DNA of 64,000 bases, from assembly GCF_009834535.1 (NCBI RefSeq), contig NC_045697.1, positions 21,640,001-21,704,000 of the forward strand. The letters are read 5' to 3'. Positions within the stretch are counted from its first letter, which is position 1. Each line of letters begins with the position of its first letter. The DNA comes from Camelus ferus. Lineage: Eukaryota. The notes beneath the pieces were generated by a model. That model did not search any database and had not been told where the DNA came from. It saw nothing but the letters and a program-made list of their open reading frames with translations. Positions 11,641-25,518 of the stretch are shown piece after piece. Both the position numbers and the translations under genes were made by a program.

Positions 11641-13404
11641 ATTTCTTTCATCATGTCATACATAGATGTCTATAATTTTATCTGTTATTCCTTACTAGGT
11701 GCTATACAAATATCTTTACATTCTTTTTTTTTATCAGAAAGTTTTTAAGAAATGGATCTGCTCCCTGCTTGATTCTTCTATAGCCTCCTCTCTAATTTCT
11801 ATCTTTCATGCTCAGTTATTCCAGTTACCTGAAGTTGTGAAGGCCCAGCCTATAACTTTCCTTGATATCATTTATCGCTTTTAGTGTTGTATTCTGTGTA
11901 TAACAGATGCTCAGTATATTAATTTTGAAAAAAATAATAAATGGCCCTAAGACTTTGATATTTTCAACTCCTCTGTGAAAATGACCATGAAATATGAATA
12001 TCCCCCTCATATATACACCTTGTAATCAAGTAAATATGTGATTTGCTGTGACTAACAGCTTACCAGTTCTGATTTTCTGCCTTCCAATGACCAGGATCCC
12101 AAGACAGACCAAGTTAATCTAGTGCTTTAGTATAGTGCTTTAGTCTAGTGTTTTAATACAGTTTTCAAGCAGTGTAAGTTAAATAAAGCTTGTAACTTTG
12201 GTGAATTTAATTACAAAGATGCATGGCTATTAACCTATTCAAAATGGTAAAACTCCAATAATTATTAAGTTGATGCTAATAAGTCATTCAAACTCATTGT
12301 TTACTTTGATAGCATTTCAGACATTTTAAACTTCCTAAAACTTTCTGTATGCTCACTTTTCTTTTATACCGCTAAGATCAGACTTGCCCATCTTAAAATA
12401 TTATTTTCTGAAGAGGAATTTTAAAATTGAGAAAATTCAGTGTGCTATTTCAGTAACGTAACTGTGGCAATAGAAAAACAAGTGACAATGAGATTAGAGA
12501 TTACCTGGCATAAAATATACTATTTGTATCCAATGTGTATCAAGCAAACAAACAAAAGTTTATATAGTAGGATTTTCTATATAAACAAAGTTTTAAGATA
12601 TATTTTTTCCTATAATTGTCACACAGAAAGGAAAAAAAATGCATAAGCAGAAATTATATTCCTAAATGTGAATCCTAGGGCCAAGTAAATTAAGTAAAAC
12701 ATCAATGATTATTAGTGGATTAATACAGAAATGGTGACATTATTTCTACTGGGATAAAGAAAGATTTTCATTGTTCTTTGCATATAGATAGTATTTTACA
12801 AACCCCTTTTCTGTTGTGTTTTTTAAAGAAGTTGATATTGTCAGTATACTTATAAATAAAGAATGTGTTATCCAAACAACCACAGTATTTCTAAATATTT
12901 TAATATTAATTATGGTATAATTCCTACATAAAGATTTTCTTCTTACTCTCTAAGGGAACTCTTCTACTACTGTCATGTTAAAACTAGGTCCAAGTTTGTT
13001 AATTTAAATTTCAAGAGGTTTTAAAAATTCAATAGTATTGAGTAGTGTGTGGCCTGAACACTAGGTTGATGCATCAGACATTGTTTACCTGATATAGAGA
13101 TTAATACTTACTCATTTTTAGAAATATAAATAATAGATATTTTAAAATAAATAAACAAATAATGTCACCTAAGACCAGGTGCTATAGAACATTATCAAAC
13201 ACCATTAGTAAGAGTCAATATTACTAACTGCAAAGTTAGTATCCAAAGTTTTTTATTATTATTATTATTTTTATTATTATTGGCATGGCAAGACTAATTC
13301 CTTTCCCACATCAGATGAAATGATTTTTTTGAACAAAGTAGCTGGGTTACTAGCTCTGTGAAATTTCAATATCAAATCAGATGTGGAAGGGACATTCAAC
13401 AATA

Positions 13405-13520
13405 TATAGCCTGATATTTATTGTACATATAAGAAAACTGAGACCCAGAGATTTTAAATGATTCACTTTAAATCACAAGGTCAACCAGTGATAAAGCTGT
13501 GACTGGAATCCAAGACCAAA
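13405..13520 (-). mobile_element. MIR SINE fragment
   Basis: MIR core ataagaaaactgagacccagaga...aatcacaagg...gactggaatccaag. Confidence 0.65.
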
Positions 13521-14298
13521 CACTTCATTTTAAGAATTCTCCCAGTACTTTTCCATTTGCTTACATTTGGAAAATTTTTGCTTTATTGCCTTGGTTATTC
13601 CTTTTTAAGCTGAAATATGTTACTAAATTTACATAAAGATGAAGCATAGAACTGTAATTCACGATAAGCTGTAGAGAACATCTAGTACAGTTCTCAAAAT
13701 GCCCTTTTGGTTTTTCAGTAACTTCAGTCAGACTTCCTTCAAAGAGCTCTAAGTGTTTGCAGGTTTGCTATACTACAGAGTCTTTCCAACTTAGATAGGG
13801 GAACCATTTACCCGTGATAAAAAATATGAACTATTGCAACTACTTTGTGTTGAGCATGATAATCTAACTAAATTTAAAATGAACATATCAGTACTTCTAA
13901 TTCTAGATGTTTATCAGACTTGCAAAAAAGTATAATAAAAGAAACAGAAGTAGCTTATATATATGAGACTTATAAAATACAAATGAAATAAATTATAAAG
14001 TAGCATAGTACATTTGATAAATAGAATACTATACAATTATTAAACACAAAGAAGCTGTTCTAAGTGCCAATTTCAAAAGACTGGATTTAAGGGAAAAATG
14101 AAAAGTGTAGAATATTTATAGTATAATCTTATTTAAAATTATAATGTATATAGTATGTTGTATTATGTATATATAAACTATATGTATATTTATCTATGTA
14201 AAGATTTTTGTAATGTTGGAAATAAGATTATCCTTATAGTTATCTCTGAATTAGGAAGTGGTTTGGGGACTAGAGGAAGTGAGATTTAAATTTTTAGC

Positions 14299-14354
14299 AG
14301 TTGTAGTTTCATAGCAAAATGAAGCAGAAAGTACAGAGAGGACCCAGATATTTC
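14299..14354 (-). mobile_element. Very short L1MC/MB 3'-terminal fragment with TSD
   Basis: agttgtagtttcatagcaaaatgaagcagaaagtacagagag resembles an antisense L1MC/MB 3' end. Flanked by tgagatttaaattt(t)tagc at 14280-14298 and 14355-14372. Confidence 0.65.
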
Positions 14355-17300
14355 TGAGATTTAAATTTTAGCTTTTACTTTTTTAAGATGTATTAATTTA
14401 CATTTTTACTATGTGCACAAAACTTTTTTCTTAAAATCTGGTTGAAAGATGAAAAAGTTTACAAATATGATTAATGGATACCAATTAAAATTCAACTAAA
14501 ATGTATACAATTAAAGGGCACCAGCATCAACTAAAACAGAATCAGTGCATATATCCTGTTTTGTTTGCTTTATGTATGATATTTGAATCATTATTTTTTG
14601 GTAAAAATTCACTGTATTGTCCTTATTTCCATTTCCTCTTCCCATTTGTTTCTACCTCTTATTATTTAAGTTTTACATGTACAAGCACAAAAACCCTTTG
14701 ATTAAAAAAAAAAAATGAAGCAGATGTCACGTAACTTCCCAGAATAGTGATGATGGTGAAGGTAAGGGGGTGCATGGATTAGAATTAGATATCCCAATAC
14801 ATAAGTATTATGCTCAAAATGCGGGTTTGATGAGTTCCATTCAGCCGAGCTAACTTTTTAACGTAAACTTGCATTCACTTCTAAGATTCATTTCAAATAC
14901 CACCCTCTCAGTGATGTGTGATCCATTACCTGTGGATGAACTTTATTCACTACTCTCTCATTCTCAGGGCATTTATAATCTCTATCAAAATGTGCTACTT
15001 ATCTGCTGTTTCTTATTTTTTTTCCTCTGGCTATTTCCTAAGTATAAGCTCAACTATATTTGAAGTTTTCTTCTTCTTCAGTACAGAAATCAGGACTTAT
15101 ATAATTTTCCTCAAAATTGTTAACATTACTATCTTGATTTCCAAAATCAACTCTTGTTTTCTGAGAATGTCACCTATATTTCCTCTTGCCGATCTTCCTG
15201 CTTCCCTGTAACCTGTTATTACATGTAGTCTAAATGGGAACTACACTTAACTTGCATGCTCTTCTTCTCTGGTCATCAGAATATATCGAAAGGTGGACAT
15301 CTGTCTCAAGCTTTCACTTTATGCCATGGACAAGTACAGGTTTTAGCATGTAGCTGCACCCATGCCAAGTAAAGACCTCATCTAATGCTTCTGAACTGAG
15401 TTTGTTAAACCTACAAAAATGGTAACCAAGAATTTAGTGTTAAAAAAAAAAAAAGGTATCGGGGGGGGAAACACTGAAAAAGAAGTCATAAGAAGCAGAA
15501 AGAGAGGCTAATGATGGCTAACTATTCAGCTCTAGTCCCTGAAATTCTGAGGATTATCTTCCTCAGGCTTCTACCAACTTAGTTGATTGGTCTGCCCTTC
15601 AATTCTTTGAATTGCTCCAGTATCTTTCAAACTAATATCTTTTATATTTCCTTCAGTAGTTTAACTTAGATTTTTGTCACTCTGGCCAAATTTGTTCAGT
15701 AATGATGTTGCCTAATTCATAACATACACTGCATGACAACAAATGAATTTTCTTTACTTTTTTACTCTTTCATTCATCATAAATGATGTCCTATGAAAGA
15801 TCATTTTTCAAATGCCATTAAAAGAAATCACTTGGAAATTTTTGGTGCATCAATTCAAGTGTAAGTTAGAAGTTATTGCCAAAAAAAAAAAAAAAAAGAA
15901 GTATTTTGACACATCGAGGAATTTGATTTGAGGCTATACATACTTTTTAACAAAGAAATTAATTGCAATACCCTCTTAACTAAAGAGGTTTTTTCCTAGG
16001 TAATTTAAAATATATTTTGGTCCACTATTAATATATTAACACAATACTAGACCTGAAAAGTAATATCAAGTTATTTTTAGTTATACTTACTTTCTTTTTA
16101 ACTGGAACTATTTTCAACAGATTTAGCATTATCAAATAGCAAAATTTATCATAAATTAAGATAACTTTTTCTTTTCACTTCTGTTTTTCTCAAAGTTCTA
16201 TAGCATGTCAATACATACATTTGAAATACTGTTTTTACATAATGGACAAATTGTATTACATCTTCCCTTTTGCCTAGCAGTATCTTTGAATCAATACCAT
16301 AGTGATTCCTTCTAAGTAAACATAACTAAGTAGCAGTTTTTGAACATTTTCCTTAACATACACACACACAAAATGATACACTAATTTGACTTTCTTTAAC
16401 AATATCTTTCTGAAACATGATACAAACATGATATAAATATAGACCACAATGGCTAGTGAGTTTTATACTATTGTTTTTGTACTTTGATTTGTTTTTTATA
16501 ATTAATATAGAAAGGAGCATGACAAGACATTAGTAATTTTGAATATAACTTTATATATTTTGACTGCGGAAAAATTCCAAGGAACCATAACTTTCTATTT
16601 TACTTTGCAAAGGCATAAAATTTGTATTGCTTGATGTTTATTATTTTCATTGATTTTATTCATATTGTTTATAAACTGACATTGAGATGTAAACTTTATA
16701 AGTCTCTTTGTCAAGACAGAAACAGTCAGGATTAGAATTAGGGTAAATCAAAAAATACCACTTGGTGTAATACCCAGAGTCTAGCTCCTTTTTTCCTCAA
16801 ATGTCTAAAACCAAGTGACTTGTACTGTCTGTGATGTAGACTAGAGAATTCTTGAATGTCCTTATGAAAGCAAACAAACAGATAAAAAGCATAAATTGTA
16901 AAACCACAGAGAAGTGATGGCGAAATATTATTATAACATAAGAAAAAATCTCAAAGATTTTGTGAACAACAAGAAAGAATTATCCTGTTCGCTTTCATTT
17001 AAATTCTGATTGAGACTAATTATTATTGTGCCTTTGCCAATATTAAGGAATTGAATTGAAAAGAACAATTTATTTTTTAAACTTAGTTATTAATTTGAAC
17101 ATTCTTTAGCTTCTCCATGTAATCTTATATTCTATCATATTTATTATAGAAAGGTATATATTTAAATGTTGTAAACAGATATTATGAATTTCTTTATTCC
17201 CCTAATTATGACAGTTTAAGGTTATATCTTGAAAGTATTTTGTGATCATATATTTGAAAATTCAAAAGTAATCTCTGCAAAATATAAAATTGTTTCTCTT

Positions 17301-18340
17301 GTGTTTAGTAAAGTTTGAAAATGAGTAGTTAATGTGGGCACTTGAGTAAAGTGAAAGTTTGGAAACCTGTGGATAAAACCAACTGATGGCAGGCAACTTA
17401 CTTGGGTAGTTTAATGATGTAGCCTAATGTTCCAATTTTGTGATTTTGTACATCTTCTGAATACTTAACTCTTTTGAATGACATCTTCCTAGTTCTAGCA
17501 TGACAAGGGAAGCAAAATGAGGCTATTTTGGTTGTAGCACAGTTTGTCTTTTGCCAGAAAAGGGAAGAGTAAGTTCTCCTGCTAGCATCATGAGCACAGG
17601 ATGTGAATGTTTCATTATAATTAATACAATTTTGCAATTCTGTATAAATTCAAGTAATAGAAATAATGACCCACTAGAGTCAAAATCCTAATGACAAAAT
17701 TTGTTTTTATGAAAGAAATTTTTATTTAATTCTATTGAATGAATGTAGGGAACATTGTTTCAGTTAAGCATTTTGGTTAAACTAAATATTAAATATATAT
17801 ATATATAACATGGAACTTCCTAAGGTTCTACCTACTTGACTAAAAGAGCCAAACTCATCTTTTTCATACTCTTATATAAGATTAAAAACACATTCAACTT
17901 ACAGATTTGCTATAGCATTTTTTTTTTATAAGTTATATCTTCCTCACCACCATTGCAGAATCATAGATATGTTAGGGATTTAGAGACAACTTAATACAAT
18001 TTCAATGCAAATTTAAACACACACACATACACATACATACACACATTTCTGTTAATTCCTTGAGAGCTGATAAGAACTGCTTGATCAATTCTAGTCATGA
18101 ACAGCCTCCTATTTTTAGACAATGAATTTCATTCTTAAGAATATCTAATTGTTTGAAATTATATACTTACATTGATTAAATATTTGTCTCCCTGTAAATA
18201 GTATATTGTTGATCCTAGTCTATGTATGTAGGGAAGAAGAAATAGAGACTTCTTTCACATGAGATATCTTTAAATATTTTAAGACAACAATTTTGCTCAT
18301 CAGGTCTTTATTCAGGTTAAATCTCCCCCATCGTTAACCC

Positions 18341-18500
18341 TTGCTATACTGAAAGTACAGTCTGTGATCAGAAGTATTATTAGTATGATCAAGGAGCTTG
18401 ATAAAAAGGCAAAAAGACCCCACCTCAGAAATACAAATTAGAACCCGCATATCAAGATCTCCAGGTGGTTTATATGCACATTATAGTTTGAGAACCATGA
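18341..18500. mobile_element. MER5A1 (hAT-Charlie MITE)
   Basis: ccccacctcaga...caagatctccaggtggtttatatgcacattatagtttgagaaccatg. Confidence 0.7.
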
Positions 18501-18574
18501 TCCTAAATTAATCTTCCTATGTATGTCAGCGTCTTTTGAACTTTCTAAATTCCAGTTAGAGACACACAAATTCC

Positions 18575-20190
18575 TTTTTTAAAATTTGCATTTGGTATAA
18601 TTTTCATATGGTTACATGCACAGATCTCAAGTGCACAGTAAAATCAGTTTTGATACATCCATACGCCAATGAAACCCAAGCTTCCACACTCCATATATAG
18701 AATGATTCCATCACCAGGGAAAGATCTCCTGCTTCTCAGATGACCACTGAACTGAACTGTCACTGAAAGCTAAGTTTTGACTGTGATAAACTTCATGTAA
18801 ATGAAATCATTTGGTAATTGGTGCTAGTCTATTTTTACCCAACATAATGTTTTTGATATTCATCCATGTTGATACATTATTGAGTAGTTTGATCATTTAT
18901 TTCTATTGCTCAGTGGTGTTTCATTATGTCAGTATGACATAATTTGTTTATGCATTCACCTGTTGATGGATACCTGGGCTTTTTTTTCTTGTCTATTATG
19001 TATAAGGCTGCTATAAATATTCTTGTGCCGCATTCTTGGTGAACATATGTTTTCATTTCTCTTAGGTAAATAACTAGGAAGAGAATCACTGTGGCAGTGT
19101 AAATGTTATGTTTAATTTTTTCAATGTGTTATTATGAAAATATTCAAGCATACAGCAAATTTGAAAAAGAGTCTGCAGTGAACATCAATACCCACCACCT
19201 AGATTCTAAATTAATATTTAAAAATACTTGCTTTATCACATATTTCTCCATTTAGGTATGTTCCTATCCCAGCATCAGTTCATTTAAATTTTTAATAAAT
19301 TTCAAAGTAAATTGCAGACATAAATTCAGTTCTCCTTCAAAACTCAGCATACATATCACTAAATAAAGTCCTTATTTACATTTATTTCTTTTGATATAAA
19401 ATTTACTCACAATGACACGTGCATGTACATTTGTTGTGTTTTGACATGTCCAACTATCTATGTGACTTAAACCCGTGTGACATTAATATTGCTCCAGAAA
19501 ATATTCTCATTCTTCTTTCCTATCAAACTTTTTTGGCATCCTAGCAAATGCAATCACTCTTATGTTTTTTTTTTTTCATAGCATCAATGAGATTTTCCAG
19601 TTCTGGAAATTCGTATTAAGTGAAACCTTACTGTTACGTCACTATTTTGTGACTGGCCTTATTTATTTTCATTTCATCCATTTCAAGATTCCCCTATAGT
19701 GTGTTTGTTCCTTTTTATAGCTAATGTTTTGTTATATGAATAATCATAGATTTTTAGTCATTCTTCTACTGATGGAAACCTAGGTTATTTCCAGTTTTTA
19801 GCTATTATGAATAAAGTTACTAAACTTATCCATGTACTAGTTTTTTCATTAGCATGTTTTCATTTTTCCTGAGAAAAGAATTCTTCAAAGTTAGATGTAT
19901 GCTTAGTTTTTATTAGAAGCTGCTAGAATTTATTTGAAAGCAGCTGCAACATTTTACTTCCTGAAAACCAATTTGAGGGATCAGTTGCTCTACATCCTTA
20001 CTAACATTTGGTGTTGTCAGTCTCTTTTCTTTTTTGTCTGATGTGAACCATGGGTTGAGGTTCACTTCCTTTCAAAATGAATATCCAGTTTTTCTAGCAC
20101 CATTTGTTGAAGGGTTTTTTTTTTTTTCCACTCTTGGACTGCTTTGGCTCCTTTGTTGAACATCAATTGAACATATAAATGCATGACATC
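18575..20190 (-). mobile_element. Nested old L1M (L1ME-type) 3' fragments
   Basis: Two antisense L1 3' ends starting near 18575 and 19115, with motifs such as attcacctgttgatggatacctggg and atatccagtttttctagcaccatttgttgaag. Confidence 0.75.
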
Positions 20191-20514
20191 ATCTTGGTTA
20201 ATTAATAGGCATGTTAAAATAGTCATTGGTAATGGCAACATAACAAACAACCACTACCACAGTAAATATAGTAGAAAATAAATACTTATTAGATTTTTCT
20301 TAGTCATCTTCTTATCTTTTAAAACCTCATAATTATAACAAGTAGGTGCTATTTTCACCAGCATGTATTATGTGATTTTTGCACTATGACTCCTATGGGT
20401 TGGTTAAAATAAAAAAAACACACAGTCCTGGAATCTGAACGTTATTTTCCAAACACTGCAGGCCACTTGTTTGTGATACGGAAGAGATATGGAAGAGAAT
20501 AAAGGAAGAGAACA

Positions 20515-21908
20515 CAGGCAGACTCAGAGGTATTGCAGGTTCGGTTCAGGACCACTTCAATAAAGTGAATATCAAAACAAAGGGAGTCACACACATTTTA
20601 TGGTTTCCCAGTGTATATAAAAGTGATGGTTACTGTTCTGTAGTCTATTAAATGTGTGATAATAGCATTATCTGTTAAAACACAATGTATGTTCCTTAAT
20701 TTAAAAAACACATTATTGCCAAAAAATGCTTACCATCACCTGAGCAACTCAGTGACTGGTAATCTTTCTGCTAGTGGAGGGTCTTGCCTCAATGTGGATA
20801 GCTACTGACTGATAAGATGGTGGCTGCCAAAGGCTGGAGCGCCTGGGGCAGTTTCTTAAAATAAGACAGCAATGAATTTTGCTGCGGTGGTTGACTCTTC
20901 CTCTGACTAATGGTTTCTCTGTATCATGTAATGCTGTTTGATAGCATTTTACCCAGAGTAGAACTTTTCTCAAAATTGGAGTCAGTTCTCTCAGATCCTG
21001 CCACTGCTTTATCAACTAAATTTTTATAATATTCTACATCCCTTGTTGCCATTTCAACAATCTTCACAGCATCTTCATCAGCAGTAGATTTCATCTCAAG
21101 AAACCACTTTCTTTGCTTGTCCATAAGAAGCAACTCTTCAGCCATTAAAGTTCTATAATGAGACTACAGAAATCAGTTACATTTTCAGATTTCACTTCTA
21201 ATTTTGGTTCTCTTGCTATTTCTACCACATCTGCACTCACTTCCTCCACTGAAGTCTTGAATTCCTCAAAGTCATTCATGAGGGTTGGAATCAGCTTCTT
21301 CCAAACTCCTGTTAATGTTGATACTTTGACGTCTTCCCATGGATCACATAAGAACAGTGGATCCTTTCCAGAAGGTTGCAATTGATTTTGCCCAGATAAA
21401 TCCATGAGAGGAACCATTATCTATGGTAGGTACAGCCTTACGAAATGTATTTCTTGAACAAGACTTGAAAGTTGAAATGATTCCTGGACCCATGGGCTGC
21501 AGAATGGATGCTGTGTGAACAGGCATGAAAACACTAATCTCATTGTACATCTCCATCAGAACTCTTGGGTCACCAGGTGCATTGTCAATGAGCAGTCACA
21601 TTTTGACAGGGATCTTTGTTTCTGAGCAGTAACTCTCAAAAGTGAGCTTAAAATATTCAGTAAATCATGTTGTAAACTGATGTGCTGTCATCAGGGCTTT
21701 GTTGTTCCATTTACAGAACATAGGCAGAGTATTTAGCATAATTCTGAAGGGCCCTAGGATTTTCACAATGGTAAATGAGCACTGGCTTCAACTTAAAGTC
21801 ACCAGCTGCATTAGCCCATAACAAGAGAGTTGTCTGTCCTTTGAAGCTTTGAAGCCAGACATCGACTTCTCCTCTCTAGTTATGAAAGTCCTGGATGGCA
21901 TCTTCTTC
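20515..21908 (-). mobile_element. Tigger1 DNA transposon, 3' ~1.4 kb with one TIR
   Basis: TIR-like caggcagactcagaggtattgcaggttcggttcaggaccac at 20515. Minus-strand ORF pieces resemble Tigger1 transposase. Confidence 0.92.
20749..21908 (-). pseudogene. Frameshifted Tigger1 (pogo/TIGD1-like) transposase remnant
   Basis: ORF pieces [19 protein letters not shown]..., VWKKLIPTLMNDFEEFKTSVEEV... and SILQPMGPGIISTFKS lie in different frames. The QPMDQG motif carrying a catalytic Asp reads QPMGPG. Confidence 0.85.
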
Positions 21909-24908
21909 TCATATCTTGTCTTGGTATCAAAGTTTTACTTGCTTTGTAAAATAAACTCCATAGTATTACCTCTTTTTTCAATAAACTGGAATAGTTTATA
22001 TTTTAGAGGATATATTTTCTTTAAAGATTTAGACAAGATAATTATTAAAATTATCTGACTCTAAGGATTTGTAAAGGAAATGCTGATAAATTTGCATTTT
22101 CCATGGTTATTATTTAATTTTATTCAATTATTTATAATTTGTAAGTAAAAAAACAAGGTGTTCAAATTGGTTTCTTATTAAATTAATCATTGATTTTTCT
22201 TTTAAAAAACCTCTTCTGATATTACATTCCTTTGATCTGATTTCAGGTTTTTTTATTGATTTGTTTTAGTTTCAGTCTTTTCACCACTTCAGGTGTTTAT
22301 CTATTTATGCATATACGTATGTATTTATTTATTTTAGTAATAAGAATTGCCTGAAGTTTGCCTATTTTAACTTTTTAACAATTAGGACTTTTTAATATTT
22401 AATCTTTATTTCAATAATGCTATTTTATTAATATTTCATAAATTAGTATTTTGTGTTATTGCTTTTAATTTTTATCTTGAATTTAGTTAACCATGCATTT
22501 TGCATAATTACTTCATCTTAATTATTTTTATGAATAACCTAGCATGCTTCTCCGTTATTTCTATTTGCTTGCCCTTTTCTTCTTAATGCTGGATAATCTT
22601 TTTATGTTTATATGCCAAGTCCTTATTAAATATTCTGCAGTATTATTGCTGTTTCCATTAGTTATTTTTAAATCTATGCTTAACCTAATCCATTTTAATA
22701 TTACTCTTTTGAGTTTTTTCTCATCCTTTTTTTTTTTTTCAAGGCTTCCTCCTGTTTTAAAGACGCCATTTGCCCTCACATCTATTTCAGACACTAAGCA
22801 ATATACTTTTTTCCCCCTATTTTATGTAATATCTATTTTGTTGTTATAGGTGTTGTTTAGGTGCTTAGAATTGCTTTGCTTTTTCTTAGTGCTGCAGTAT
22901 ACTTTTTTAATATGCCTTAGGTAGCTCATTATATACTTGAATATATATTGATATAATATATAATGGAGGTATCTGATCTGACCCAGTCTTCCTAGAGTGT
23001 GAGGATTGCTCTCACTCTGTGCTTGGTGTTAGTCAAATGCTCTTTCTCAGATCAGTAACTCTGGAGACGTGGGAGTGTGCAGGCCCCAGAGCAATAACTG
23101 GCTCCACAGTCTCTCCATAGTGTTGGTACCTTTCACTTCACTCTTTTAAAAAAGTGGTGATCATCTTCCTGCTTTCGTTCTTTTGGCAAATCCTTATTCA
23201 TTTTTCAAGTATCTTTTTTTTTGAATAATTATTTACCAACATTGGTGAGGCACCAGTTGTAATATATGTCCCTTCACAGTCCCTTTGTACTTTTTTAAAA
23301 ATTAGTTTTCACTAGTTTTCAAGTAAAGAATATAATTATTTGTATGTTCCCCAGACTGACCATGAGCAATCTGAAGAGCAGGCCTAATCCAGTTCAACAG
23401 GCAAGGTCCAGTAGCAAACAGAATGTATGACTTAAGCAGCAGGTCACTTGCATAGATGAGATTTCAGGAAGGGCCCTGGGTCCTGGAAAGATGTGTTTCA
23501 ACCACAAATGGAAGTGTGTGAGAAACCTATCAGGAAACAGAATAAAGACACAAACTACACTGAGGGGCTACGGAGGATGAGTTAGGATTTAATGGTCTAG
23601 TTATAGACAACCTCCTATATGCCTAAAGGATATTCACATGATTGTCTGTAAACTACTTACTGTACTGAAATGCTCCTCATTGTATAAACAGTCTGAGTTC
23701 TATAAACATAATTCTTTGAAATTCCTTACTCTCTTCCTCCATCATTTTTTCTCTTTAATGGCAAGAAGAAATTTTTCTTCTTATTTTACTTCATGTTCTG
23801 ACTATAAAACAAAATAGACAAAGGGCTTTGGGACACTGGCAAGAAAATGAGATTAGGTATTATCATTTTACCTTTACTCAATTACATTATGAATTGCTGT
23901 GTTGGAAGTAATCTGAACAGGTCTGCTATTTATAAACGCATATTTCATGAACATTACTTGTTAAAGTTAAATTAATTATTCACAACAATATTTAAAAATA
24001 ATATTTTGACAGGGATTGCAAATGCACTACCTTGTGAACTGTGGAGAATCTATTTCAGTTTTCATAACTATTCTAATGAGAATTATTATAATGGAGTTAA
24101 CTCCTGGAAGAATTAGATGTGAAAACTTGCCAACACTGCATCAATCACAATTTTAACTTTAAGCCTGTAAAATTCTCTTTAAAATATATAACAATGAAAC
24201 TTCTTTAGCTCTAGGGTTGAAAATGAACTCTGGCTGCTAAGTCATAGAGCTTAAATTGAAAACAAGATTTAACCATAATTAGCAAATTCCAGATTTGTTT
24301 CAAAGCTATTTTGCATGACTTGAAGAAAGAACCATTGTGTGGTGACTCTCTACACTCCCTTTTATTACCCAGATGGATTGCATAATTATCCCACTCTCTA
24401 CTTGATTGAGTCCTTCTAGTCATTGAACAATCAAGTAAAAACAACCCAGCTATTTGCATTACGGCCTGTATTTAGAGCTAGAAGTGCCAGGAGGCAACAG
24501 ACAAAATAAACATTATTACTAGAAAAGTGAAGGGAAAAAGCAGAAAAGATAGCGAGTACTCTATTTAAAAACCACCTTATCATTGCCTACACCTTAATTT
24601 AGATTTTATTAAAAATTGAGGGCAGGTTTTTAATTTTTATGGATTGCTTGTCATCCTGACTTTTAATACTATGTATTGCATGTCATTCTAGACATTCCAA
24701 ATAGGGTGAAAAAAAGAATTAGATATAATTCATGCTCCACAGTACAGATTTTAGAGAGGGAAGAAAACATGTAATCAAATAAATACAAAACAAAATGGCA
24801 TGTTCTAGAATCAAAAGGTAAAGTCTGGCATGGGAATTACAGAATAGAGGTCAAGTAAATATGGCTATGTAGTTGGGCTGTCTTCAAAGCAAAAGTGAAA
24901 TAAAACTT

Positions 24909-25352
24909 CATTCTAAGTGAAGTAACCCAGAAAGAGAAAGAAAAATGCCATATAATATCACTAATATATGGAATCTTATAAAAAAAAAAAAGACAGACTT
25001 ATTTATAAAAAGAAGGCTCACAGACATAGAAAACAAACTTATGGTTACCAGGGGTAAAAGGGGTGGGAAGGGATAAATTGTGAGTTGGAGATTTGCAGAT
25101 ACTAATTAATATATATAAAATAGATAAACAACAAGTTCATACTGTATAGCACAGGAAACTATATTCAATATCGTATAGTAACTTATGGTAAAAAAGAATA
25201 TGTAAACAAATATACGTGTGTTCATGTATGACTGAAGTATTGTGCTGTACACCAGAAATCGACACGTTGTAAACTGACTATACTTCACTAAACATATATA
25301 TACACATATATGCACACACACACACATATGTACCAAAACAAAAACAAAAACA
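24909..25352 (+). mobile_element. Young cetartiodactyl/camelid L1 3' end, 5'-truncated
   Basis: cattctaagtgaagtaacccagaaagag...cagacatagaaaacaaacttatggttaccagggg...gtaaactgactatacttca, then a microsatellite/(CAAAAA)n tail. Probable TSD aaaactt. Confidence 0.9.
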
Positions 25353-25444
25353 AAAACTTAATGAGTAGAATGTATTCAGTGGTTCATAGATAGAATCAAC
25401 AGCATGTAAACTTTCAGAGGTTAGTGATTAGAAAAATAACTCAT

Positions 25445-25518
25445 CACCAGAAATTGGCACAACATTGTAAACTGATTATATTTTAATAAAAAAATAAATA
25501 CACACAACAAAAAAAAAA
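25445..25518 (+). mobile_element. Tiny L1 3'-terminal insertion
   Basis: caccagaaattggcacaacattgtaaactgattatattttaataaa plus A tail; aactcat on both flanks. Confidence 0.75.

Noticed and set aside
12120..12158. Three 13-bp tandem units (tagtgctttagtN) as a CRISPR-like or functional array
   Set aside because: No spacers, too short, and eukaryotic context; an ordinary slippage repeat.
20749..21556. Transposase-like ORFs as a functional TIGD1-like gene
   Set aside because: Split across frames, 5' half missing, catalytic-Asp motif mutated, and embedded in Tigger1 next to its TIR. It is a fossil.
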